Origin: Candidatus Taylorbacteria bacterium RIFCSPLOWO2_01_FULL_50_130
GTDB taxonomy: Bacteria; Patescibacteriota; Minisyncoccia; Phycocordibacterales; UBA10002
Length of the DNA: 33,269 nt
Reading direction: 5' to 3'
NCBI GenBank assembly: GCA_001821155.1
Contig: MHSB01000044.1
Location: 1-33,269, forward strand
Under the pieces are notes generated by a model. That model ran no database searches. It was not told the origin of the DNA and saw nothing but the letters and a program-made list of their open reading frames with translations. The position numbers were made by a program, and so were the translations under genes. Numbering within the stretch: position 1 is the stretch's first letter; each line of letters opens with the position of its first letter. Of the stretch, positions 1 to 6,726 are shown one piece after another.

Positions 1-1
1 C

Positions 2-268
2 GTATCGCCAAAATTCGGGAAGAAAGAACTTCACAATGGAGTGAAAAGTATTACGCTGAAGGAATGCAACTGGTTTCAAAAGCCGATTTCCGGAAAGACG
101 TATGCCGCTCGGGCGCGCTATCGAGAGATGCTTCAGCCGGCAAAATGTTCCGCGAAAGGCGAGCATACCGCTCGCGTCGCATTTGCGACGCCGCGCATAG
201 TCGCCCTCGGGCAATCGCTGGTGCTCTATGACGGCGACGCGGTGGTCGGAGGAGGAATCATAGCGTAG
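2..268 (+). CDS. mnmA: tRNA 2-thiouridylase MnmA, C-terminal fragment (5' end lies outside the window)
   Basis: The frame is open from nt 2 to TAG 266-268. The translation ..ARARYREMLQPAKC..FATPRIVALGQSLVLYDGDAVVGGGIIA matches the conserved MnmA C-terminus pattern (..RYRQ.., ..TPGQS.VFY.G..VLGGGII). Confidence 0.8.
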   Translation, partial: VSPKFGKKELHNGVKSITLKECNWFQKPISGKTYAARARYREMLQPAKCSAKGEHTARVAFATPRIVALGQSLVLYDGDAVVGGGIIA

Positions 269-405
269 CAATTTCGAATCTCGAATCTCTAAAGGTATTG
301 AAGTAAAAAATGAAAAACAGCGGTCAATTCGAGTATTAGAGATTTCATATTTTTTGAAATCCGAAATTAGGTATTCGATATTTTCCCGTAGTGTATAATA
401 TTCCC

Positions 406-1245
406 ATGTTCCCCCAAGATATTGAAGTAATCAAGGTCGACGGCACGAAGGAGCGTTTTAATGGAAAGAAGCTGGAAGAATCTCTCCGAAGGTCCGGCGC
501 CGATTCCCTCGTCGCTTCAGAAGTGGTGGCTCATGTGGGGAAAGAGCTTGTAAACGGCATAACGACTTCCGATATCTACCGACATGCCTTTTCTGTTCTT
601 AGAAACAAGCAAAAAATGGCATCCGCGCGATATTCACTGCGCCGCTCGCTTCTTGCGCTTGGTCCGACCGGCTTTCCGTTCGAGAAATTCATAGGCGAGA
701 TGTTCAAAAGAATGGGATTTTCCGTTTTGCTGGATCAAATGGTGCAAGGGAAGTGCGCCAGCCATGAAATGGACATCGTCTCCTGGAATGGCGAGAAACT
801 TATTATGGTCGAGGCAAAATATCACCACGAGCAGGCTTATAAATCCGACTTAAAGGTCGCGCTGTATGTGAAGGCACGCTTTGATGACTTTCAAGATGGC
901 TCGTTCTCCTATGGCAATCGCACAAAGCTTGATGAAGGGTGGCTTATCACCAACACCAAATTTACGGAAAAGGCGATTCACTACGCGCAGTGCAGCGGCG
1001 TAAAACTCGTCGGGTGGAATTATCCCGAGCGGGGCAATTTGCACGACCTCATTGCAACGGCCGGCATTCACCCCATAACGTGCCTGACGACGCTCTCTTT
1101 CGGCGAAAAGCAGACGCTTATGGAGCAGGGAATAGTGCTGTGCGAAGACTTCATTGCGCAAAAAGCAAAACTGAAAGCGCTCGGCTGGGGCGATGAACAG
1201 ATAGAGGCGGTTGCCGCGGAGAGCATCCTTTTGTGTTCGACGTAA
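406..1245 (+). CDS. ATP-cone domain fused to an Mrr/restriction-endonuclease-like PD-(D/E)XK domain
   Basis: The ORF runs 391-1245 from a GTG. ATG 406 is preferred because TATAAT at 394-399 lies 6 nt upstream. The N-terminus IEVIKVDGTKERFNGKKLEESL...DIYRHAFSVL looks like an ATP-cone. The second half FEKFIGEMFKRMGF...HEMDIVSW..LIMVEAKY carries a D...ExK endonuclease core. Confidence 0.7.
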   Translation: MFPQDIEVIKVDGTKERFNGKKLEESLRRSGADSLVASEVVAHVGKELVNGITTSDIYRHAFSVLRNKQKMASARYSLRRSLLALGPTGFPFEKFIGEMFKRMGFSVLLDQMVQGKCASHEMDIVSWNGEKLIMVEAKYHHEQAYKSDLKVALYVKARFDDFQDGSFSYGNRTKLDEGWLITNTKFTEKAIHYAQCSGVKLVGWNYPERGNLHDLIATAGIHPITCLTTLSFGEKQTLMEQGIVLCEDFIAQKAKLKALGWGDEQIEAVAAESILLCST

Positions 1246-1276
1246 TGCATTTTTCGAGATTTTTTTAAGACGCCAA

Positions 1277-2146
1277 ATGCGGTATACTTTTCTCATGCGC
1301 CCAGAATACAGCGGCCGAAAGAGCAGAGTTTTTGAACCAAGCTCCACGGAGCCATTCCGAATCTCTCGCTCTAAAATTGATTTGTTTCTTGAATGTCCGC
1401 GGTGTTTTTACCTAGGACAGCGCCTTGGAGTGAAGCGGCCGTCAACCGCGCCCTTTACGCTAAACAACGCGGTTGACCACCTTCTCAAAAAAGAGTTTGA
1501 CAGTCACCGCGCGAAGGGCGACGCACATCCCCTTATGAAAAAATATGGGATTGACGCCGTGCCGTTTAAGCACAAGGATATGGACCGCTGGCGACACAAT
1601 TTTTCCGGCGTGGATACGCTCCATGCGCCGACGAATTTTCTAGTTTTTGGCGCGGTAGACGATATTTGGGAAAACGCGCGCGGCGAGCTTCACGTGGTTG
1701 ATTACAAAGCCACCTCAAAGGATGAGGAGGTTTCAGAGCTCAACGACAGCCGCTGGCATGACCAGTATCGCCGACAGATGGAAGTATATCAATGGCTCCT
1801 TCGGCAGAATAAATTTCGGGTGTCCGACACCGGCTATTTCGTCTACGTCAACGCCTACCGCGACCGAAAGGCGTTTGACGGCAAACTTGAATTTGACGTG
1901 CGCGTGATTGCGTACAAAGGAAGCGACAGGTGGGTGCCGAGCGTTTTGGAAAAAGCCAATAAGTGTCTTTTGTCAAAACGCATCCCGGAAACGGGGGAAG
2001 CGTGCGAATACTGCCCCTACCGCGAGGCGGCGGGGCGGGCCTTTAAAGCCGCAATCCTAAAAAATGGCGGCAAAACATGCATCGGGGAAAGCGGCACGAT
2101 TAAAAAAGATGAAACTGGCACGCCAACATCGGCGAGGCTCTTTTAA
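1277..2146 (+). CDS. PD-(D/E)XK nuclease, Cas4/RecB-nuclease-like, with four cysteines
   Basis: The ORF runs 1211-2146. ATG 1277 is the first ATG after the upstream stop at 1245, and ATG 1295 is an alternative. Motifs seen: ECPRCFY (N-terminal CxxC), GAVDDIW, HVVDYKAT (DxK core), QMEVYQWLL (QxxxY) and a C-terminal CEYCPY (CxxC). Confidence 0.65.
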   Translation: MRYTFLMRPEYSGRKSRVFEPSSTEPFRISRSKIDLFLECPRCFYLGQRLGVKRPSTAPFTLNNAVDHLLKKEFDSHRAKGDAHPLMKKYGIDAVPFKHKDMDRWRHNFSGVDTLHAPTNFLVFGAVDDIWENARGELHVVDYKATSKDEEVSELNDSRWHDQYRRQMEVYQWLLRQNKFRVSDTGYFVYVNAYRDRKAFDGKLEFDVRVIAYKGSDRWVPSVLEKANKCLLSKRIPETGEACEYCPYREAAGRAFKAAILKNGGKTCIGESGTIKKDETGTPTSARLF

Positions 2147-2257
2147 AGAGCGGGTGCGCGTGGTTGTTTCCCAAATCCCTTCCTGCCTACATCGACTGTA
2201 AGAGTCAGACTCTTACAGAAACACATATGCTTCTGCGGCCGTCACTACGCCAAGATA

Positions 2258-2355
2258 GGGACTGTTGCCGAATGGCAAAATCGTCGTTTTTGCCACGCAG
2301 AAATAAGGGTTATTTTGGACAAAAAGTGACAAAAACGCTATTCGGCAACAGTCCC
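2258..2355. mobile_element. 98-bp MITE-like element with 16-bp perfect terminal inverted repeats and a 5-bp target-site duplication
   Basis: GGGACTGTTGCCGAAT at 2258-2273 is the exact reverse complement of 2340-2355. AGATA flanks the element directly on both sides (2253-2257 and 2356-2360). There is an internal GGCAAAA/TTTTGCC hairpin at 2274-2294. Confidence 0.6.
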
Positions 2356-2540
2356 AGATAATTTCGCGGCGGAATTCGGAGCGCGTCCCACGGCCGCAGA
2401 TTAGGGCGAGTCCTCAAGCTCAAATTGAGTCCAGAGCATGCTCCGGTGTCAATACTCTTTATTTGTATCGTTCATTCCAGATTTAAGAAAATTCAAATTC
2501 CGCCGCGGCGGATACTGTCCACCTGGATTCTTGTTTCCAT

Positions 2541-3039
2541 TCAGTTCCCGACTTTATAGTTCATCCCCCAGGTGTTTTTCACGCAAATATCAAAACTGTC
2601 TGATATAGTGGCTTGGTCCTGCGCGCTCGGATTTTCCAATGTGGCGTAAAAACCGTACTGCTGATTGGTGCCGGAAGTCAGGCATCCGTAGCCCCTGTAG
2701 TCCTTTCTCCAATACATATAGTTTGTGCTTCCCGGGTCCTTCATCAGGGTTGGTATATATGTCGGAGCAAGTGGGTTGCTGCTTGGATTTCAATTGGTCA
2801 GCCAACCCGCCGATCCGGCATAAACTCCATTGGTATCGTAATAGAGCTCGTTCGCCCTCGTCATTTGATTGAGCGCGGATTTTCTCTACGCATCTCTCGC
2901 CTTCACACGGGCGGAATTAAGGGACAACAAAATCACCGACGACAGAAGGGAGACGATAGAGATTACCACCAAAAGCTCAATCAGGGCGCAGGGTAAACCC
3001 CGCTTTATCTTTGGACAATTTCATGGACCCGCTTTTCAT
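2541..3039 (-). pseudogene. type IV pilin-like gene, disrupted by one frameshift and two in-frame stops
   Basis: The minus-strand reading is MKSGSMKLSKDKAGFTL, then a 7-nt CCCTGCG insertion (about 2985-2991), then LIELLVVISIVSLLSSVILLSLNSARVKARDA, TAG (2886-2888), RKSALNQMTRANELYYDTNGVYAGSAGWLTN, TGA (2790-2792), and NPSS...YGFYATLENPS...KVGN to the stop at 2541. This is the class III signal and pilin N-terminal helix motif. Confidence 0.75.
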
Positions 3040-3110
3040 TTTACTTTGCGACACCCACCAAAAGTATACAACAAGCTACTGACAACAACAACTCGTCCGA
3101 AAGTAACTTT

Positions 3111-3241
3111 CCACACCTGCCGATACATGGCGTTAATTCCTCCTTTCCTAAAGGAGGCGGCCGGGCTTCGAGGATGGAGGATTTCTAAAATCCCTCGGCC
3201 TGCGGCCACTCCCTTTAGGAAAAGGAAAATAAGAGGTGTGG
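3111..3241. repeat. 131-bp imperfect palindrome (long hairpin)
   Basis: CCACACCT (3111-3118) pairs with AGGTGTGG (3234-3241). The inner arms TTAATTCCTCCTTTCCTAAAGGAG and CTCCCTTTAGGAAAAGGAAAATAA pair imperfectly. The apex holds further GC-rich pairing (GGCCGGGCTTCGAGGA / TCCCTCGGCCTGCGGCC). Confidence 0.5.
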
Positions 3242-3402
3242 ACCGTTACGTCCGAAACTGTTTCCTGTGGACACCGGGTGTCCGCAGGAGTCCTTCTCAA
3301 ATCTGCTGATTTTTCGTCTCTCTTTCGCACAGTCGCGCTGCGAGAGTGGCTCTAAAAGCACATCCTCCATGGGTTTCGTAATTCAAAGTCGGGTAGATAG
3401 AA

Positions 3403-3850
3403 ATGAGGGTACTGTGTCGGCAGGTGAATGGGGCGACAAAAAACAACATATTTGAGGAAAAGAAGGCGGAGTATTGGAAGGCAAGCAAGCGGCGAAAGGG
3501 CGAACTCCTGCTGGCGGTCTGTGAAGTATCGGGACTGACCAGGAAAGGAACCATCAAGCGGTTCCGGAAATTGCAGATGCGCGACCCCGCGGCACAAGAG
3601 CGGCGCGGCCGTCCGCGGTGTTACACCCCCGATGTCATTGCCGCCCTGAAGCAAGAGATTGACCGACGTACCCAAAAGGTGTTTGCTATACAGAAGCGAC
3701 ACGGGAAACCGAGAAAAATGTGAAAGTCCGCTGCGCCATTTTTTCCTCGAGTACCGCGAATCTTTGGATTGTCTGTCTGTGCCGAGGCGGCTCCTGCCCG
3801 CGCTAAAACTTTGGCAGGCAGGTTGGCAAGCAGCGACGGGGTTTTGAGAT
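3403..3850 (+). pseudogene. remnant of a DDE (rve-type) transposase, N-terminal HTH part only
   Basis: ORF 3403-3723 encodes KKAEYWKASKRRKGELLLAVCEVSGLTRKGTIKRFRKLQ...RRGRPRCYTPDVIAALKQEI. From memory this resembles the N-terminal DNA-binding region of integrase-core transposases. It hits TGA at 3721 and there is no DDE catalytic domain downstream. The family assignment is not verified. Confidence 0.45.
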
Positions 3851-3929
3851 GAATTCTGGAGCCGAAGGCGCAGTACCATAAACAGAACGCGCATCTAACA
3901 GTCGCGGATACATACTATGCGATAGGAAG

Positions 3930-4592
3930 ATGACGAAGCAGGAACTTATCAACCATTTCAAGAACGATACGAAAGTACTTGTCTCGCCAACGATGGAGAA
4001 GGCATTTCGTGATGTGGACCGAGCCGCCTTTGTACCCGAGGGACTCCTTGACGAGGCGTATGAGGACTATCCGCTGCCTATCGGGTTCGGAGCCACCATC
4101 TCCCAGCCAACCACGGTTGCGTTCATGCTGGAGAAGCTCAATGTGCGAAAGGGCCAAAAAGTTCTTGACATAGGAAGCGGCTCCGGCTGGACAACTGCGC
4201 TTCTCTCGCATCTTGTCGGCCCCAAGGGTAGGGTAATCGGGCTTGAAATTATTCCCGAACTCGTTACTCTTGGCCGGAAAAACATCGAGCATTTCTATTC
4301 TGATATTCTTGAGAATACCAGAATAAGAATGGCATCAATGCCGGAGATAAAGCTGGCAAAGAGAGGGATGATGGGGCTGCCCGAAGAAGCGCCATTTGAC
4401 CGGATTTTGGTTTCGGCAGCGGCAAAGGAAGTCCCGTCTAAACTTATAGAGCAGCTAAAACCTGTCGGCGCACTTGTTATTCCCGTCGGCCAAGAACTTG
4501 AAATGCAAAAAATCGTTATTCTTCAAAAGACGAAAGGTGGCACGGTCATAGCCGAGGAATATCCAGGATTTGTCTTTGTTCCGCTACGATAG
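3930..4592 (+). CDS. pcm: protein-L-isoaspartate O-methyltransferase
   Basis: The 220-aa ORF has an AGGAAG Shine-Dalgarno just upstream. Motifs: TISQPTTVAFMLEKL, the SAM-binding VLDIGSGSGWTTALL, APFDRILVSAAA and LVIPVG. Confidence 0.9.
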   Translation: MTKQELINHFKNDTKVLVSPTMEKAFRDVDRAAFVPEGLLDEAYEDYPLPIGFGATISQPTTVAFMLEKLNVRKGQKVLDIGSGSGWTTALLSHLVGPKGRVIGLEIIPELVTLGRKNIEHFYSDILENTRIRMASMPEIKLAKRGMMGLPEEAPFDRILVSAAAKEVPSKLIEQLKPVGALVIPVGQELEMQKIVILQKTKGGTVIAEEYPGFVFVPLR

Positions 4593-4665
4593 CATATGCG
4601 TCAGCGCTGTCTGTTCGTTTGGGGAGCGCTTTTTTATTGGCGGAAATTGCGATAAAATAAATGGT

Positions 4666-6447
4666 ATGACCACGGCAGATATTCGGAAAAGATTTTTGAA
4701 GTTTTTTAAGTTACGCGGACATACTGTCATCCCGAGCGCTTCGCTTGTGCCAGAAAACGACCCTTCAGCGCTTTTTACAACTGCCGGGATGCAGCCACTT
4801 GCTCCATACCTTTTGGGTCAGCGACATCCGGCGGGGAAGAGATTGGTTAACATACAAAAATGCGTTCGCACCGTTGATATTGACGAGGTTGGAGATAATA
4901 CGCATCTCACGTTTTTTGAGATGATGGGAAATTGGTCACTCGGTGATTATTTCAAGGAGGACGCAATTAATTGGAGTTATGAACTTCTTACATCAAAGAA
5001 GGAAGGATTTGCGCTGGACCCAGAACGTCTTTACATCACTGTCTTTGAGGGCAACGCCGACGCACCAAGAGATGAGGAATCCGCGAGTATTTGGAAGGCG
5101 GCAGGCATCCCGCAAAATAGGATTTATTATATGCCAGCTTCCAAAAACTGGTGGGAGGCAGGCCAAAATGGTCCCTGTGGGCCGGACACGGAAATGTATT
5201 ATGACAGTACGGAAAAAGGGCTGGGCGATTTGACCCATGAGAAATTTCTTAAGGCCGACGAAAAACAGGAGGTCGTTGAAATATGGAATGATGTATTTAT
5301 GGAATATCTCAAAAAAGAGGGCAAAGTCGTCGGTAAGTTGTCGCAAAAGAATGTTGATACGGGTGCGGGACTTGAGCGCATTGCGGCGGTGCTTCAGAAG
5401 AAAAAGTGTGTCTTTGATACGGATGCCTTTGAACCGATTATGAAAAAGCTGGATGAATTTTCGCCTAATGGTGACCAACGAGCCAAGAGAATAATTGCCG
5501 ACCATATTCGTGCGGCAGTATTTATGATTGCGGATGGTGTCATCCCCACCAACACTGATAGAGGTTATGTGCTTCGCAGATTGATGCGTCGAGCTTTTCG
5601 ACATTTGGACATTTTGGGAATTGAGCTCGGAGCAATAGCGCAGATTATTGAGGTTTTAACTGAGGCGTACATGAATATATATTTCCTTAGCGCAGAGCAA
5701 ATGGAGCATCCGTATCAAGTCATCTTACGCGAAGAGGAAAAGTTTAGAAGAACGCTAGAAGCAGGTTTGAAGGAGTTCGAAAGAAAAATAAGGGACAGAG
5801 GCGGTGTCACTGGGAAAGATGCCTTTGACCTCTACCAAAATTTCGGCTTCCCTTGGGAGTTAACAAAAGAACTTGCCGAATCAAAAGGGGTTTTGTTGAT
5901 TGGCATGTCAGCTGGATTTGAGACTGAATTTCAAAAACATCAGGAAATTTCTCGTGCTGGGGCTTTGAGAAAATTCAAGGGAGGTCTTGCCGATGCGAGC
6001 GAGATGTCCGTGAAGTATCACACGGGCACGCACCTGCTGCATCAGGCGCTGCGGGATGTGTTGGGGAGCGAGGTTCGGCAGAAGGGAAGCAACATTACGT
6101 CGGAACGGTTGCGGTTTGATTTTGCGTTTCCGCGAAAAATGACTGATGAAGAAAAAAAGAAAGTTGAAGAAATTGTGAATGAGAAAATAAAAACGGATTT
6201 GCCGGTGCATAAAATCACATTGCCACTTGACGAAGCGAAGCGAAGCGGCGCGGTTCATTTCTTTGATGAAAAATATCCTGACGAAGTGCTTGTTCATTAC
6301 ATTGGACACTCGCTCGCAGGTTCCTACTCAAAGGAATTTTGCGGCGGGCCGCACGTTACGCACACGGGAATGCTCGGAACATTCAAAATCGTCAAGGAGG
6401 AGGCGATTTCGGCCGGGGTACGAAGGATTAAGGCAATTCTTATGTAA
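4666..6447 (+). CDS. alaS: alanine--tRNA ligase, short form (about 593 aa, no C-Ala domain)
   Basis: From ATG 4666 the product reads MTTADIRKRFLKFFKLRGHTVIPSASLVPENDPSALFTTAGMQ, the canonical AlaRS N-terminus. FFEMMGNWSLGDYFK is present, and the editing-domain motifs HTGTHLLHQAL and CGGPHV are present. Confidence 0.9.
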   Translation: MTTADIRKRFLKFFKLRGHTVIPSASLVPENDPSALFTTAGMQPLAPYLLGQRHPAGKRLVNIQKCVRTVDIDEVGDNTHLTFFEMMGNWSLGDYFKEDAINWSYELLTSKKEGFALDPERLYITVFEGNADAPRDEESASIWKAAGIPQNRIYYMPASKNWWEAGQNGPCGPDTEMYYDSTEKGLGDLTHEKFLKADEKQEVVEIWNDVFMEYLKKEGKVVGKLSQKNVDTGAGLERIAAVLQKKKCVFDTDAFEPIMKKLDEFSPNGDQRAKRIIADHIRAAVFMIADGVIPTNTDRGYVLRRLMRRAFRHLDILGIELGAIAQIIEVLTEAYMNIYFLSAEQMEHPYQVILREEEKFRRTLEAGLKEFERKIRDRGGVTGKDAFDLYQNFGFPWELTKELAESKGVLLIGMSAGFETEFQKHQEISRAGALRKFKGGLADASEMSVKYHTGTHLLHQALRDVLGSEVRQKGSNITSERLRFDFAFPRKMTDEEKKKVEEIVNEKIKTDLPVHKITLPLDEAKRSGAVHFFDEKYPDEVLVHYIGHSLAGSYSKEFCGGPHVTHTGMLGTFKIVKEEAISAGVRRIKAILM

Positions 6448-6572
6448 CATAGAGCATGGAATATGAAATAGAGAAGGTGATTCTACGTTTTTTCCGCTTC
6501 ATGTTTTATTTCGACGAGCGAGGAGCGCCGCGCGGGCGTCTCGTTTGCATGGCGTCCGAGCAAAATCGAAAC

Positions 6573-6674
6573 AAAGGTTCAATACCTCGCGAGCTTGTCT
6601 GCGAGCGAAAAGAATGAGCGAAGCGAGTTCCGACAATACCTCGGAGCTTGCTCCGAGGAACCTTTATTTTTTTT
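6573..6674 (+). terminator. compound hairpin plus T-run downstream of alaS
   Basis: The outer stem is AAAGGTTC (6573-6580) with GAACCTTT (6658-6665). The inner 9-bp GC-rich hairpin is CCTCGGAGC-TT-GCTCCGAGG (6639-6658). It is followed by ATTTTTTTT. Confidence 0.45.
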
Positions 6675-6726
6675 GCTTTATATTTCATATCCCATTTTTC
6701 ATACCCCGGCGTGTTATACTTGCATC

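Noticed and set aside
2164-2361. The 65-aa ORF in the structured spacer.
   Set aside because: It runs straight through the MITE and its inverted repeats, has no Shine-Dalgarno, and has no motif.
2790-2888. The in-frame TGA and TAG in the pilin gene could be evidence of an alternative genetic code (for example UGA = Gly, as in some CPR lineages).
   Set aside because: grpE, the M23 gene and the 7955-9241 gene terminate at TGA. All conserved genes in the window are full length under the standard code with no internal TGA or TAG. The same gene also carries a frameshift, so pseudogenisation explains it better.
2541-3039. The pilin fragment could be a diversity-generating retroelement target or template, or a Neisseria-like silent pilS cassette.
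   Set aside because: There is no reverse transcriptase, no Avd-like gene, and no second copy of the C-terminal region in the window. The copy retains its own N-terminus and promoter-proximal ATG, unlike silent cassettes.
3715-3745. GAAAGTCCGCTGCGCC resembles the RNase P RNA CR-I motif (GGAAAGUCCGGGC).
   Set aside because: The other universally conserved RNase P blocks were not found nearby, and the match lies inside the transposase remnant.
4593-4665. A T-box or riboswitch leader upstream of alaS or gltX.
   Set aside because: The leaders are only about 70 and 95 nt, too short for a T-box. No specifier or antiterminator architecture is visible.
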